Origin: a virus
Virus genome (UHGV): UHGV-2190349
Direction: 5' to 3' (one strand)
DNA: 38,922 bases
In this document: piece by piece, positions 6,976 to 18,786 of the stretch
Layout of the letters: the number at the start of each line of letters is the position of its first letter
How positions within the stretch are numbered: the stretch's first letter is position 1
Made by a program: the position numbers and the translations under genes
The notes under the pieces: generated by a model
Database searches by the model: none
What the model was told of the DNA's origin: nothing
The model's input: only the letters and a program-made list of their open reading frames with translations

Positions 6976-8973
6976 CTATTCTGACAACGCATCAGACTTA
7001 GCGCCTTGGGTCAGCGCGTTAATTGCCTTTTGTGCCTGCTGCAAGGCTTTCTCAAACGCTGTTGATCCGCGTTGGGTGTTTGCCATTCGGAGCATTGCAT
7101 TTCTGAATGGCTCGCTCTCATAGGCGCGAGCAAGAAGTCCGTAGCTTACTGCTGCGCCAGTTGTCGCCGGGTTCATTGCCGTCCCATACCCAATAATGAA
7201 CGGGATAGTTTGCTGCCCTGTGGGTGTTGTTACTGCCGCTTTTGCAGCCTGCTGCGTGGATTGCAGGTAGTTTTTTAATCCTTTCAGATAAGCAGCGTCC
7301 TGCCCCTTAAATGTGATGCCAGTCTGGTTTTGCAGGATATTAAGCTGCCGAAGGAACTGGTCAGGGGATCCACCTGATTTCTCCATCGCCTTTCCAATGA
7401 TGCCATTGCGCATTTGCGCCCTGCCAACACGGCCAACTGAGTTGTACAGCGTCTTAATTTCCGATTTGTTCTTGCTGAATAGCATGTTGTTGACAACTTC
7501 CGGAGTAAGATCTCCTTTAATGAGAACATTCTTCAGCCGGGTATTCTTTAGTTTCGCCGCTTCGTCAGCGTAGACGGCATTGGCCTGCTGATATTTACGG
7601 AGAGTATCGTTGCCAAGATTCTGACCAATGGCACCATTGATATCGTCGGTCATCGCCTTGTAAACGCGCTGAATGGCAGCATCGGAACGGTTTGGTAACA
7701 CTGGTCGCTCACCCTTCACGTCCATTCTGAACTGGCTGCGCAGATCGCTTAATTGCTTCAAGTCCAGATTTACCGGACCATCAGGGCCAGCATTGCGAAC
7801 AAGCTCATCACGATATGACTGAAGTTTTGAAATGGTCTCGTTATCAGCGACCTTACCAAGCTTCTGCAGATTAGATATCTCGGTATCAATCTGCTGAATT
7901 GCTCGCGCAGGATGAATGTTTACTCCAGCCATAGCATTCTGAACCTGCTCCAGTCGATTACCGGCGGCACGACGAATTCCTGATGTTTTCGCTTTAAGGC
8001 TGTCAATAACAACTGCTGGATCATACTCACCGAATTTATCAGCAAATCTCTGCACCAACTGGCTTCTCGCTTCCTGTTGCGTTGCTCTCATTCCGCTTGT
8101 GCCAGCCAGGGGGATATTTTCCGCTGTCGTCTGCGCCATTTTCCCGACGCGGGAAGTAGGCTGTAACAGGTCTGTGGTGTGCAGAGGAACTCCTTCACGC
8201 TCTGCAAATCTGATAGCCTGCTGCGCTTCTGGCGCAATAGCACCACGAACGCCACGATAAGCAGCACCTAATCCACGTCCGGCAGCGTTAATAGCACCGC
8301 CAGCCAGCACACCAACGCCTAAATCGGTGGCGAGGGCTTCCGCATCATCTTTCGCACTATTTGCAGCAAGTGATCCAACTGCGTTTTCAGCGAGAAGACG
8401 AGTTGCCCCCTGAGCAATTCGACCAGCAAGTGTTGGTGCCTGTGTTGCCGCTCTCTCAATGCCAGCAGGAGTGAGGTAAGGCAATGCCTCAGCAAATACC
8501 CTTCCCTCTGTAGTTTGTGGAGTCAGCGCGCCTTGCTGAAGGCCAAAGTCCTGCTCTAATCCCTGCGTTGTTACTCGTGGCGCTGGTTGATATGTACCAT
8601 CACCAATACCGAGTTTACCGCCAGCCCATGCCGCCGCGCTTGTTACAGCATCGGCAACTGATGCAGGTATGTTTGCCACGTTCACGCCAGCCTGTACCAG
8701 TCCGCGACCAGTCTCTTTTACTGCTTCGCCAAGATCAGACATAAATCCACTTTGCTGTGGTTGTTGCTGTGCTACTGGCTGTTGTGTCTCCACTGGCTGC
8801 ACTGATGGCAATGGATAGGCAGCATAGAAAGCTTGCTTAGCCTGCTCTGCATTTTCTCCGGCTTGCGGGGCCACGACTTCATTGAAGTATTGCTCCTGAG
8901 CCTGCGCTTTTTGTTCTGGTGCTAACGCCTGATACTGTGGAGAGGCGATAACATCTTTCCATGCTTTAGCCAT
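6976..8973 (-). CDS. Internal virion/DNA-ejection protein (P22 gp16 position)
   Basis: 665-aa ORF at the end of the P22-order virion gene string; low-complexity Ala/Gln-rich sequence. Confidence 0.7.
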   Translation of the reverse strand: MAKAWKDVIASPQYQALAPEQKAQAQEQYFNEVVAPQAGENAEQAKQAFYAAYPLPSVQPVETQQPVAQQQPQQSGFMSDLGEAVKETGRGLVQAGVNVANIPASVADAVTSAAAWAGGKLGIGDGTYQPAPRVTTQGLEQDFGLQQGALTPQTTEGRVFAEALPYLTPAGIERAATQAPTLAGRIAQGATRLLAENAVGSLAANSAKDDAEALATDLGVGVLAGGAINAAGRGLGAAYRGVRGAIAPEAQQAIRFAEREGVPLHTTDLLQPTSRVGKMAQTTAENIPLAGTSGMRATQQEARSQLVQRFADKFGEYDPAVVIDSLKAKTSGIRRAAGNRLEQVQNAMAGVNIHPARAIQQIDTEISNLQKLGKVADNETISKLQSYRDELVRNAGPDGPVNLDLKQLSDLRSQFRMDVKGERPVLPNRSDAAIQRVYKAMTDDINGAIGQNLGNDTLRKYQQANAVYADEAAKLKNTRLKNVLIKGDLTPEVVNNMLFSKNKSEIKTLYNSVGRVGRAQMRNGIIGKAMEKSGGSPDQFLRQLNILQNQTGITFKGQDAAYLKGLKNYLQSTQQAAKAAVTTPTGQQTIPFIIGYGTAMNPATTGAAVSYGLLARAYESEPFRNAMLRMANTQRGSTAFEKALQQAQKAINALTQGAKSDALSE

Positions 8974-10361
8974 TAATCACCCCATAGTGAAGAAAAGTTA
9001 CTGCTGGCTGCTGGCTGTGATACCTGTGCAGGTTGAGATTTCTGCCGCTGAGATTTACCAACATCAACGTTATATTGTTGATTGTAATTGTTGGTGTATT
9101 CCTGAATCTCACGAATCGACTGCTGCATAGCCTCCGGGCTTGAATAGTCAACCTGCGGCATCCCCTGAAAATACATCTTCGCTTCTGCAACGGTGTTAAT
9201 ACCACTGGCACCCATATCCCTTGCTGCCGCCACACCCTGATTCTGCATTCTGCCCTGAATACGTTGTGCTGAGTTATATAACTGGCGCTGCTCTTTTCCT
9301 GTTAATCGGCTGCGAACATCAGCACCAATTGCTGGATTACCTGCACCGCCTGTCATTCCTGTCATGAAATCGAGAGCAGAAGCGTCTGCATTTGCGATCG
9401 CGTCGATATCCTTCTTCATGGCATAGTTTTGTGCTGATGCAGACGATGTTGCAGGCGCTGCGATTGAACTGGCAGGCACGCGAACCATATTCCCCTCGTT
9501 GTCGATGCCTTCGTAGAACGCATTAGCCCCAGCGCCGTGAAGTTTCCCGCCTACCGTTACAGTTCTGCCATCTGATAACTGAACTGTACGCTCATCATTC
9601 CCAGCGGTTCCTCTTGTTGACGCTCGCTGCATTGCCAAATCCTGCCCGCGTCGCGCAGTAGAAGCAGATAAGTCCTGACCGCGCATCGTGATGTTCTGGC
9701 CTCGTGCTGTTAGCGCCTCGCCAGCCTGATTGCTGCGGATTGTCTCTGCAAGTTTTCCGCGATCAATCTCACGACCAGCCATCTTGTCCTGAACATTGAA
9801 GTAATCAATTGGACCAAGAGCAGCCATCCCAAGGTGATCAACAAACTCACCAAATCCTGAAGGATTCTGCTGATACATCTGAGCAACGCTGTTAGGGTCA
9901 ACACCGACGCGAGTCAGTTCCTTGGCGTTGTTTTGCAGCCATGATTGCATTGCTTCTGGAGACGATGACGCAAGGCGTGCGCCAGCCGCTAAGGTGCCGA
10001 TAGAATTACGCTGGTCTTCATCAATGAATCCCATGCCTTTACGAACGGATTCAATCTGGTCTGGATATTGAGTAGCCAACTGACGCAAAGCACCGCGATC
10101 ACCAGACGCATAAGCATTAGCGTACGCCTGCTGAAATTCTTTCTGCCGCTGAGCCTGCTTTTCCTGCTGAAAAACACCCGCAACACCTGAAAGACCTTGC
10201 AAAGCAGTCAGCCCAACATTGTTAGCGCCTGAACGCTCAATATCATTGTTCTGCCTGATAAGCTGAAGCGTATTGCCGATGTCATTTACGCTCGGAGCGT
10301 TTGAGTTGACGCCGCCGATACCAGCTAACAATCCGCCATTTGATCCTTGCCAAGTAGCCAT
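8973..10361 (-). CDS. DNA-ejection protein (P22 gp20 position)
   Basis: 462-aa ORF; position and size match P22 gene 20. Confidence 0.75.
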   Translation of the reverse strand: MATWQGSNGGLLAGIGGVNSNAPSVNDIGNTLQLIRQNNDIERSGANNVGLTALQGLSGVAGVFQQEKQAQRQKEFQQAYANAYASGDRGALRQLATQYPDQIESVRKGMGFIDEDQRNSIGTLAAGARLASSSPEAMQSWLQNNAKELTRVGVDPNSVAQMYQQNPSGFGEFVDHLGMAALGPIDYFNVQDKMAGREIDRGKLAETIRSNQAGEALTARGQNITMRGQDLSASTARRGQDLAMQRASTRGTAGNDERTVQLSDGRTVTVGGKLHGAGANAFYEGIDNEGNMVRVPASSIAAPATSSASAQNYAMKKDIDAIANADASALDFMTGMTGGAGNPAIGADVRSRLTGKEQRQLYNSAQRIQGRMQNQGVAAARDMGASGINTVAEAKMYFQGMPQVDYSSPEAMQQSIREIQEYTNNYNQQYNVDVGKSQRQKSQPAQVSQPAASSNFSSLWGD

Positions 10362-10370
10362 GATTACCCC

Positions 10371-11072
10371 TTAAAACAACGAGCCAAGCAATCCGATACC
10401 AGCACCAATGCCAGCGCCCCAAGGTGTTGATGTTCCCAAAAGGCTGGCAAGACCTGCACCGGTAATCGCACCAGACGTGCCACCGCTAATTGCAGTCTGA
10501 AGACTTGATGGTTTATTGGCATTAGCAGCGGCAAGAGCTGCGCTTTGCTGCGAAATCTGACTCATGTTGTTGGCATATGTCTGCCCGGCGTTTGCCTGAC
10601 CTTGCAGTGCGCCAAGACCAATATTTGCCAGATTCTGGTAGTTGTTCATCTGACCAGACAGCCACTGCTGACCAAGCGTTGGTGCGATTGTTGCTAACTG
10701 ATTACCGGTTGCAGTGGAACCCAATCCACCTGTTGCTTCCGCTGCAGCCAGACTCTGATAGCGAGCCTGACCAGCAAGATCTTTGTACTGCTGAGAGTTG
10801 TAATACTGGTTAAGTGCCTGACCTTGCCCCTGAAGAGAGGAAAGATTCTGCAATTGTGATACGTACTGCTGAGCGAGTGGCGTGAACGGAGCAAGGTTTT
10901 TCATGATCGTCTGCCACTGCTTATTCTGCAGGTCTGCGGCATACTTCTGAGCTTCTGCGGCATACTTTGCGCTTTTATCAGAGCTGCCACTTTTCCCGCC
11001 TTTCCCGCCTTTTTCAGGGCAATAAGGTTCCTCGCCGCGCAGTTTTCTGCCCAGCTTAAATGCATATAACAT
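10371..11072 (-). CDS. DNA-ejection protein (P22 gp7 position)
   Basis: 233-aa ORF; position and size match P22 gene 7. Confidence 0.7.
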   Translation of the reverse strand: MLYAFKLGRKLRGEEPYCPEKGGKGGKSGSSDKSAKYAAEAQKYAADLQNKQWQTIMKNLAPFTPLAQQYVSQLQNLSSLQGQGQALNQYYNSQQYKDLAGQARYQSLAAAEATGGLGSTATGNQLATIAPTLGQQWLSGQMNNYQNLANIGLGALQGQANAGQTYANNMSQISQQSAALAAANANKPSSLQTAISGGTSGAITGAGLASLLGTSTPWGAGIGAGIGLLGSLF

Positions 11073-11074
11073 GG

Positions 11075-11530
11075 CTATCTCCCGTGATTCAGGAAGTCGA
11101 TTAGTTCTTCGCGTGTGGCACTGTAAAAAGTCACGTCATCCACGCCTTTGAAGTATTTCTTGATGGTTCCTACACGCTTAAGGCCAATCATTGCGCAGTA
11201 CATCTGACCGTGGCGGAATTTGCGCGCAGCGAACGATGTGACGCACTGAACGGTGGTGTTAGTCAGAATGTATCGCCAGAACGCCAGACCGATTTCCTTG
11301 CTGAAGCCGCGAATCTCTGGCAGGTACATGGCGTGGCAATCGAATGTAAGAGGCTGAATTTCCTGATAGTAAACAATGCCGCCGAACTGCCCGTGCACGT
11401 TCACCTCAAAGTAACGGCAATCAGGTTTGTAGTCGTATCCATCACCGTTGTTGCTCCCGGCGATAATGTCGGGGTGATTTCCCACGGCTTCTATCAGGTC
11501 GATGTTTCGCGTTGGTTTGAATGTAATCAT
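11075..11530 (-). CDS. Virion protein (P22 gp14 position)
   Basis: 151-aa ORF; synteny. Confidence 0.65.
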   Translation of the reverse strand: MITFKPTRNIDLIEAVGNHPDIIAGSNNGDGYDYKPDCRYFEVNVHGQFGGIVYYQEIQPLTFDCHAMYLPEIRGFSKEIGLAFWRYILTNTTVQCVTSFAARKFRHGQMYCAMIGLKRVGTIKKYFKGVDDVTFYSATREELIDFLNHGR

Positions 11531-12231
11531 CAGTCAATCAGCCCATGTAATCTAAGTGCTGTTTCAAGCGCCAGAATACGCTGCCGCGCCTGCTCCAAAC
11601 CTGTAGCGATAGCTGCGACTTCGGATTGTGTGTACGTAGTGCCGACCGTGTATGACTGGTTAGCGTTGAATGAGCCAAGAAGTGGCGTACCTGTGGCTGC
11701 AGTCCATCCGGTATTTCTTGCTCCAACAACCTGAATTCCATCAACTGAATATGATGTTTTTACATCCAGCGGTGACGCAAGAGACTGCGATTCGGTTACA
11801 GTTTTCGATACGTAATCACTCTTAATGTCAGATACATCGCTTTCTACGCCATCCAGTCTTTGGTCAACAGTGACCAGATGCGCCTGAATATCGATAACCT
11901 CATCCAGCAAGTAATCAACATCGCTACGCAGTACGACTATCTTCCCTTCGGCAGTTGTTAACCTGACCTCAAGTAGATTTATCGCTTTTGTGTTTGCGGT
12001 GATTCTTGCGTCGTGATCAGCCAGTTCGACGTCCTGTTCATCGTTTTTTACCTGAGCATCGTAAGCGCCCTGACCAGCCTGATTTGCCTTCCCGGCAATT
12101 GCACCGACATCAGCACCCTGATTTATGACATACAGCAGGTAAGACTGGCTGAATATATTGCGTGGCAAAATTGAAGCATCAAGGCGCGTAGCCTGAACCG
12201 CGACAGGATTATTCAGTGATGAATCCGCCAT
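11530..12231 (-). CDS. Tail needle protein (P22 gp26-like)
   Basis: 233-aa ORF, coiled-coil-rich; position and length match P22 gp26. Confidence 0.8.
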   Translation of the reverse strand: MADSSLNNPVAVQATRLDASILPRNIFSQSYLLYVINQGADVGAIAGKANQAGQGAYDAQVKNDEQDVELADHDARITANTKAINLLEVRLTTAEGKIVVLRSDVDYLLDEVIDIQAHLVTVDQRLDGVESDVSDIKSDYVSKTVTESQSLASPLDVKTSYSVDGIQVVGARNTGWTAATGTPLLGSFNANQSYTVGTTYTQSEVAAIATGLEQARQRILALETALRLHGLID

Positions 12232-13649
12232 TACTCAATCCTTATCTGAGCGCCAGACAGAGTTACAGGTGACTTCGTGATAACGCGAAGTTTGAAGCCG
12301 ACATTTTTCCTGATTCGCCCGACACGCTTCCACAAAACGCGTTTGTCGTAAACGAACGGTTCATTCTGCTCAATCATCTGCTCACGCCCGTAATTTATGC
12401 CGTCAGTGGTTGCAGAGAGGAACAGGCGGTCAGCGTACTGAGCTACGCCAGTGGATGATTCCACCTCCAGATCGAAGCATCTGGCGTTATCCGCTTTGAA
12501 CAGTGGAGTAAACAGCAGGTGTTCCTGCTGCTTGTCGTACTGGCTGCTGATATCGAACTGCAATTTCCCGGTCACGGACTCTAGCTTATCGCCGCACGTT
12601 ATCTGATTGCCTTCGTAAATGAAGTCGATAGCGCGGTACACATCGTCATACAGGCCTGTTTTCAGCACACACCATTGCGGACCATTGGCACTTGAAGATG
12701 CGTCGTAAACAAGAACATGGCGCGGCAGGTGAATAATCAGCAACTCATGAGCATCAAACCGCAGCGATTCCATCACACCATCAGCCAGTTCATCAGCAGT
12801 GTAGGAGCGGAGGATTTTCTCAATGCTCGCGCTGGCGATTGGTGACACCTGGCCGGAGCCGATGATATACACAGACGGCGCACCTGTTGCCGGATTGCTG
12901 ATGAACGCATAGGAATCAGCAAACGGCGTTTTGCAGTAAGTTCCGGCAATACCTTTCTGCACCATCAGCGATGGCTGTGCGACATACAAAGCCGCACCAA
13001 CGGTGGTTGCACCAGTCAGGGAGAAATATTCAATCGTTGATGAACCAAAGCAGACGATGAAGTCTCGCCATGTGCCGATACCGATGATGCCGTCCGGCTG
13101 CGATTCTGCGCGATATTGTGCGCTGTAACGGTCAGGATGCGATTCGTCTTCAAGGTCAGTGATAAACCATGAATCAGTACCGTCTTTTGACCACGCATAA
13201 CGCCCACGTAAGCGTGTAATGTCGCGGACTGAACCTAACTCATACTGCGTGAATCCGCTGTCTGTAGGCCAGTTTGAGACGGTTTTAACCGTGCCATCAT
13301 AGCGGTATTCGACCAGTTGACCATTAACGCCTACCGCCTGTGATGTTCTACCATGCGCCATTGATACGCGACCACTTCCGGCAACATCACCGACTTCACT
13401 TTCTCCTTTGTACAGCTTGCCGCCACACACGCGATAAACAGCACTCTGCGCCATGTTGTACTCAACTCCGCGCGATACGCCGTTTACATCAGAGCGTTTG
13501 GCAATGCCCGGGAATGAGCGAAGATATCCGCTGCTGTTCAGGATTTCTTTGGGTGTAGCCAACATATTCACTGGCAGATAGTCGATATAGTCGGCGTTTC
13601 TAAAGTCTTTGCCGACACCTTTCATAAGCGGAAGTTGCTGAATCGGCAT
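12231..13649 (-). CDS. Tail accessory factor (P22 gp10-like)
   Basis: 472-aa ORF; position and length match P22 gp10. Confidence 0.8.
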   Translation of the reverse strand: MPIQQLPLMKGVGKDFRNADYIDYLPVNMLATPKEILNSSGYLRSFPGIAKRSDVNGVSRGVEYNMAQSAVYRVCGGKLYKGESEVGDVAGSGRVSMAHGRTSQAVGVNGQLVEYRYDGTVKTVSNWPTDSGFTQYELGSVRDITRLRGRYAWSKDGTDSWFITDLEDESHPDRYSAQYRAESQPDGIIGIGTWRDFIVCFGSSTIEYFSLTGATTVGAALYVAQPSLMVQKGIAGTYCKTPFADSYAFISNPATGAPSVYIIGSGQVSPIASASIEKILRSYTADELADGVMESLRFDAHELLIIHLPRHVLVYDASSSANGPQWCVLKTGLYDDVYRAIDFIYEGNQITCGDKLESVTGKLQFDISSQYDKQQEHLLFTPLFKADNARCFDLEVESSTGVAQYADRLFLSATTDGINYGREQMIEQNEPFVYDKRVLWKRVGRIRKNVGFKLRVITKSPVTLSGAQIRIE

Positions 13650-13658
13650 TTATTCACC

Positions 13659-14120
13659 TCACGTACTCGGATCATCTTTCTCGATGTAAAACCGATTCCA
13701 CGTAAACGCGCTTTTGTTACCACTACCGCGAGGCATGTCATTTCGCCGCTCAAGTGGTGGTATTTTGGTTAAAGCGATGCAGATTGTCTGATATGCACTG
13801 TCAGCAGCGGTAAGGAGAGCGTCTGACGGCTGAATGACGTTATCCATGCACACTTGCACAGCGAGTTTCAAAGCGACGCCATCATTTGCCCATGCAGGGA
13901 TACCTGAATCATCGTCCGGTAACGGCATGATGCCGTTTTCTGTATCAGCAAACTGATACCCAAGCTCGATACCTTTAGCCTGCCATGCTGCCATCATGTC
14001 TTCGAGGTCATTAATGGCATCTTCAATTGCCTGAGGGTCGGCATCTGTCAACGTGGCATTGGAATACAGCCCGGCTTTTCGTAAAGCCTTTAGAACGAGA
14101 TCACCCTTCGTTTTCGCCAT
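13659..14120 (-). CDS. Head-to-tail adaptor (P22 gp4-like)
   Basis: 153-aa ORF directly downstream of the coat gene; synteny. Confidence 0.8.
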   Translation of the reverse strand: MAKTKGDLVLKALRKAGLYSNATLTDADPQAIEDAINDLEDMMAAWQAKGIELGYQFADTENGIMPLPDDDSGIPAWANDGVALKLAVQVCMDNVIQPSDALLTAADSAYQTICIALTKIPPLERRNDMPRGSGNKSAFTWNRFYIEKDDPST

Positions 14121-14289
14121 CTTCTTCCGCCTTAGCCACTTTTTGCTTCGTTGCGGTTTCTTCAGGAGTTTTTACCCAACCTTTTTTCAGGTGAGATTTA
14201 ACTTCTTCGTCATCAACAATGATGTAATCGACAGCAAACTGACCACAGGTGATCATGTTGCCAGGCTTATAGAGCATTGTTCGTGCCAT
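14101..14289 (-). CDS. Hypothetical small protein between coat and adaptor genes
   Basis: Internal ATG of track ORF 14101..14328; acidic Lys/Glu-rich C-terminus. Confidence 0.35.
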   Translation of the reverse strand: MARTMLYKPGNMITCGQFAVDYIIVDDEEVKSHLKKGWVKTPEETATKQKVAKAEEDGENEG

Positions 14290-14330
14290 TGTCTTCTCCC
14301 AATAAAAATGGGGCCGAAGCCCCACCAAAA

Positions 14331-15584
14331 TTACTGCCCGGCAATAACGATGCCCGTATATTCAGGAACAAGTACAGAGCAACCGTACAGAGTGGTGAAA
14401 CGAGCAGTGGTTACGCCTTTGATGTGGTCGAAGGCGTAAGACATGATCAGCGTAGCGCCCTGCTCGGTGGTTGCTGTCATTACCTGTGGACCCTGACCAG
14501 TCGGGAACGCTAGTTTGCCGTACATCAGCTCAACAGAACCATCAGCCCAGAACAGGTTAGCAGGTGCTGCGTTCTTGTTGAGAATGGTGATTGCTGCTGA
14601 TTCTGCCGGTTTGGCATCGACGTTTGCATATGGACGACTCGCAACATCGGTATTTTCAACAGGGAGAATCTTTGGAGAGATTGTTACGGTAGTTCCGCTA
14701 ACAGCCAGAACACGGAATACCTGCGGTTGCCCGGTGGTATCTTTTGTGATCTGGTGTACGGAATTCACACCGGCAATGGTGAACGCATCACCAACCTGCA
14801 AGCCAGATGCAGATACCGTAATAGTCCCCTGTCGGTTATCAACTGGCATACCATTTGAATCTTTCGCTTCAACCTTGTGTTCAGGTTGGCCTGATACTGT
14901 CAAGGATTCAGCGCTTCCTTTCGGTAATCGACCAGAAATATCGGTCTTGTAGCTATCAAAGGAAGCAACCGGAGGGATCTGCGCTTTTTCGTATGCTGTC
15001 AGGGTTGCGCCCTGAGCGTAGGCACGGTGACCAAGCTCGCCAGCAAGGTCTTTGTAGTTGAAGGGGTTCCAGAAAGAGCGACGGTTGATACCCTGCGGTA
15101 CACCAATCGCCGTCATGGTGGCATCAATACCTGCCGCACAGTTCCACAAATCACGGCCCTGTGTACCTGTGGTTGAGTCAGACATTGTGATCACGTTAGT
15201 AGCACGCTGCGTAACCATGGAAATCAGGTCAGAGTCAATCTGTGCAGCAAGGCGCATACCTGCGGCGCGACCAGCTTCAGTTTTATGCTCAGGGTCACGC
15301 ATTTCACGCGCATCCAGAGTGTACAGAATGTTTTTCGGCTCCTTGAACACAGAAGGAACAAGGCGCTGAACCAGTGCTGTAGGCGTTTTGCTGCTGAGAT
15401 CGAGGCCTTCCTCAATGTTCATGTGGTAATGCTGCGGACGATACAGAACATCACCTGCTCGCTGCATTGCTGTATCACCGGGACGGAATTTTTTAGCGTT
15501 ACGGGAAACTACGCAGGCGGCCTCAAAGCCTTCAACGTAGTTTTCGAACATGATTTCAAGGTCTTTTGCTAATTGGTTAGCCAT
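14331..15584 (-). CDS. Major capsid (coat) protein, P22 gp5-like
   Basis: 417-aa ORF following scaffold gene; size and position. Confidence 0.85.
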   Translation of the reverse strand: MANQLAKDLEIMFENYVEGFEAACVVSRNAKKFRPGDTAMQRAGDVLYRPQHYHMNIEEGLDLSSKTPTALVQRLVPSVFKEPKNILYTLDAREMRDPEHKTEAGRAAGMRLAAQIDSDLISMVTQRATNVITMSDSTTGTQGRDLWNCAAGIDATMTAIGVPQGINRRSFWNPFNYKDLAGELGHRAYAQGATLTAYEKAQIPPVASFDSYKTDISGRLPKGSAESLTVSGQPEHKVEAKDSNGMPVDNRQGTITVSASGLQVGDAFTIAGVNSVHQITKDTTGQPQVFRVLAVSGTTVTISPKILPVENTDVASRPYANVDAKPAESAAITILNKNAAPANLFWADGSVELMYGKLAFPTGQGPQVMTATTEQGATLIMSYAFDHIKGVTTARFTTLYGCSVLVPEYTGIVIAGQ

Positions 15585-15602
15585 GCTTAATGCTCCGATA
15601 GG

Positions 15603-16496
15603 TTATTTTTTTGCCTTTTTAGCGGCGAAATACGGCGTCCAGTCACCAGTTTCCAGCGCCTTGGCTTTCAATTTGTCGAGGTTGTTGATTACTGCGCCGT
15701 TGCTCCCCTTAACTGTCGGGGTTGTGGCTGCCGTGGTTTTTGCTTTTGGCATGATTCTGGCCTTCGATTCGATACGTTCCAGCAGACGACCAATTGCTAC
15801 GGGGTTGGTAGCTTCTGCCAGTTGCTTGCGCAGTTCAGCGTTGCGGCCGAGTGCCAGAACAACGATTTCCGGCTTCTCTGACTCAAACAAGATCGCGTTT
15901 TGTGTCTCGATGGGGATTTCCTCGAGTACGGCCTGTTCTGCTTCCTGATAGCCAGGAACCTTGAGAGCCTTAACACGTTGCTGATATTTGGATAATCGCT
16001 CTTGATAGGCAGCCTGAAGCTCCTGCTCCTTCTGCTTGCGAGCCATCTCCTGTTGCTGGTACTTGCCGTTATCCTCTGCCCACTTAGCCATGCGTTGCTG
16101 GTAGATTTCTTCATCGAAACCGATGTCCTCATCATCCAGTTTTGGCATTCGCGGTGGTTGAGTGATTACCGGCTGCTGCTCGACGGGTTTCTGAGACTGA
16201 CGCATCATCTCTTTCAGCTCGCGGTCTTTCTCTTTAATCGTCTTGCGCAGGTGTTTTACCAGTCCATGCTCTGCGCCATCTTCGCTGGTTGGCGAATCCA
16301 GCTTTTCGTCACCAAAGTAGAATTCCTGTTCTGATTCGTCGTCATCAGTTTCAGTAGCTTCCTCTGCATCATTGCCGGAGGACTCACTGCCATCTTCTGT
16401 TTCGACTTCTTCAGCCAGTTCGACATCATCAGGAATCTGCTCTGACGCGTCGGTTTCGATTTCAACTTCTGGTGTGTTTTCTGCCATCTGGTCCAT
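15603..16496 (-). CDS. Scaffolding protein (P22 gp8-like)
   Basis: 297-aa acidic, helix-rich ORF between portal and coat genes. Confidence 0.8.
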   Translation of the reverse strand: MDQMAENTPEVEIETDASEQIPDDVELAEEVETEDGSESSGNDAEEATETDDDESEQEFYFGDEKLDSPTSEDGAEHGLVKHLRKTIKEKDRELKEMMRQSQKPVEQQPVITQPPRMPKLDDEDIGFDEEIYQQRMAKWAEDNGKYQQQEMARKQKEQELQAAYQERLSKYQQRVKALKVPGYQEAEQAVLEEIPIETQNAILFESEKPEIVVLALGRNAELRKQLAEATNPVAIGRLLERIESKARIMPKAKTTAATTPTVKGSNGAVINNLDKLKAKALETGDWTPYFAAKKAKK

Positions 16497-16586
16497 TTGT
16501 TACCCCTGTTTACTCGATGTTCAGCCCATCGGAAGGCAATAGGGTGCCAGGCCTCATAAAGACAGCCATTGCACGTTATGGGTTAA

Positions 16587-18785
16587 TTACTGCTGTGGTT
16601 GTTGCTGAGTTGATTTTTGCAGGATGCTGCTGATGTCCATGCGCTGCGCATGGCCTTGCGCCTGACTTTTCAGGACAAGCTCTGCATCAGCACGGGCATT
16701 ATCTCCTTGCTGTTGCTGGAACTGTCCGAGCAGTTTCAGCGCCTCACGGATATCAGATTTTTGCTGGCTATCGGCAGATGCGAGGATTTTCACAACATTT
16801 GCCGCTGCAACCTGAGCATCCGTCTGTGCCTGGAATGCTTTAACCTGAATGGCTGCCTGCTCGTTCTGCGCTTTCTGCAATTCAGCCTGACCAGCAAGAA
16901 GCTGACCTTGCGCTGCAACCATAGCCGGATCTGGCTGACTGGCCTGTTGTTGTTTCGCCTGTTCAACCATCTGCTGTTCTTCAGGCGTTCTCGGCTTGAT
17001 AACGCCAGACAGAAGCAACTGATTGCGGTTGTATTCTTTCAGGTCGTCCATCCCTTCGCCGTCCATATTGTCGAGAATCATCGACGATACAAGGTCGTGC
17101 TTCGGCGTTCCTGGTGGGATAAGTGCCAGCATGGAAAGTAACGACTTAACCGTTGCATCACGGCGAGTAGCGAACGACTGACCGACATCGACAGTCACTT
17201 CATAGTTGCCCTGCGAAAGGTCATTAAGCGCGATAACCTGCCCTGTCTGACGATCAACCACTTCACCAGTCATCAGCGCCACGTCATCGCTGCCGTCCTC
17301 ATTAACGATACGCATCGGCGTATCACTGCCATAGACCTCACGCGCCATAGAAAGCCACACGACGCCAGCGCGGCGCATGGATTTAGCCATGTTGTCCATG
17401 TAGATATAGGACTGCGTGTCCATCCGGTTAAAGATGCTATCAACGGTATCGGTGGCGACGTTGCTCGGCATGTTCTCAAGCTGCGACGCACCTGTAATTT
17501 GCTGAATAGCAGTTCCGGTGTACTGCAATAGCCCGGCAAGAGCAGGAGGCATTTGTGTTGTAGGCGTATAACTGCTGACCTGAGCCTGCGCAGTAATATC
17601 GCCGTTTTTGTTTTTCAGACTGACCATCGGCAGGAACGCCGGGCGCTTTTTGTTGCGCTCAGCCCAATGAGTAGCGAGAGGACCAGGAATCATGTCAACA
17701 TCAACTACAGGAATGCCATCACCGCCAGCCTGAGTAGCGTTATCTGCAATCATGGAAACCATCAGGTTCTCAAGACGCTGTGCATCCATCGCTTTTGCTG
17801 CGTGACCTTCGATTCGCTCCTGATTATCAACAAATGATCGACGCCCATATACCGGGATGAGAGGAATATGTTCGCCCGGAATACGCTTCGGTTCTTCCAG
17901 CCATTCAGCGCCAGACAGAAGACCGCAATAAACGCGGCGCTTCTTCACCGTTCGCTCGCCAATCAGTTCGAATGCACCATCGGTCAGCTCGTCGACAATA
18001 TCTTTGATTTGCTCTTCATCATAAATTGCCGTTTCTCCGCTAACAGGGTTGCGCCACGCCGTGAGCTTCACCTTCTCTATGCGAACTTCGTAGTAGCGTC
18101 CAACATAGATGGCATCGGGCGTTGACCAGTCATACTGAGTACCAGTGTCATCACGAGAAAGGCTTGCCGCGATGGAATCAGGGTATTCAGCCTCGAACGC
18201 TTTAGGCGTCATGGAGAACATTTCCATAGCCCACATAGCATCAGAGCGGTCATATTGCTTGCTGTCCTGATCGAAGAAGACGCATGTCGCTGGGTCGTAA
18301 ACAGGAAGAAGGCTGATGCGTCGCTGCTCGTTACTTGGGTCCATTTCATCTTCGTAATCGGCACACATGCGGAAACAACCGAATCCGCCCGTTACAGCAT
18401 CATCAAATGCGTTATCACACGCTTCGCCACCGGATGTTTCCTGATAGTCAGCGCGGAATTTGCCGTTCATCTTTTCGGCTAACGCTTCCGATGCCTTATC
18501 GTCCTTCGGCCTGAATTTAACGCTTATGCGATTCTGTCGATACTCGCCAATGATGCGATCACATTCACGGGCAATCTTATTCAGTTCAAAACGCGGATAA
18601 TGCTCAAACCTGCCTTCATCAAATGAGTAACCAGCGTTTGTGCTGCCTTCCCACTGTGCGCCGGACACCCGGACGAAACGTTGAGCCTCAATAATCTGCT
18701 CACGCATATCCTGCGTTGCTGACCAGGCATTATCAAAGTTGCACAGCACCTTGCGATGCCAGTCAGTCATCTTTTTTTCTGCCAT
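16587..18785 (-). CDS. Portal protein (P22 gp1-like)
   Basis: 732-aa ORF directly downstream of TerL; size and position; Gln-rich C-terminal barrel-like tail. Confidence 0.85.
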   Translation of the reverse strand: MAEKKMTDWHRKVLCNFDNAWSATQDMREQIIEAQRFVRVSGAQWEGSTNAGYSFDEGRFEHYPRFELNKIARECDRIIGEYRQNRISVKFRPKDDKASEALAEKMNGKFRADYQETSGGEACDNAFDDAVTGGFGCFRMCADYEDEMDPSNEQRRISLLPVYDPATCVFFDQDSKQYDRSDAMWAMEMFSMTPKAFEAEYPDSIAASLSRDDTGTQYDWSTPDAIYVGRYYEVRIEKVKLTAWRNPVSGETAIYDEEQIKDIVDELTDGAFELIGERTVKKRRVYCGLLSGAEWLEEPKRIPGEHIPLIPVYGRRSFVDNQERIEGHAAKAMDAQRLENLMVSMIADNATQAGGDGIPVVDVDMIPGPLATHWAERNKKRPAFLPMVSLKNKNGDITAQAQVSSYTPTTQMPPALAGLLQYTGTAIQQITGASQLENMPSNVATDTVDSIFNRMDTQSYIYMDNMAKSMRRAGVVWLSMAREVYGSDTPMRIVNEDGSDDVALMTGEVVDRQTGQVIALNDLSQGNYEVTVDVGQSFATRRDATVKSLLSMLALIPPGTPKHDLVSSMILDNMDGEGMDDLKEYNRNQLLLSGVIKPRTPEEQQMVEQAKQQQASQPDPAMVAAQGQLLAGQAELQKAQNEQAAIQVKAFQAQTDAQVAAANVVKILASADSQQKSDIREALKLLGQFQQQQGDNARADAELVLKSQAQGHAQRMDISSILQKSTQQQPQQ

Positions 18786-18786
18786 A

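Noticed and set aside
6738-7123. Plus-strand ORFs overlapping mnt and the gp16-like 3' end
   Set aside because: Out-of-frame overlaps with better-supported genes; no independent support
14515-15572. Several 60-145-aa plus-strand ORFs inside the coat gene
   Set aside because: Antisense to the major capsid gene, with compositions typical of spurious frames
16002-17141. Leu-rich plus-strand ORFs antisense to scaffold and portal genes
   Set aside because: Low-complexity antisense reads of Glu/Gln-rich coding sequence
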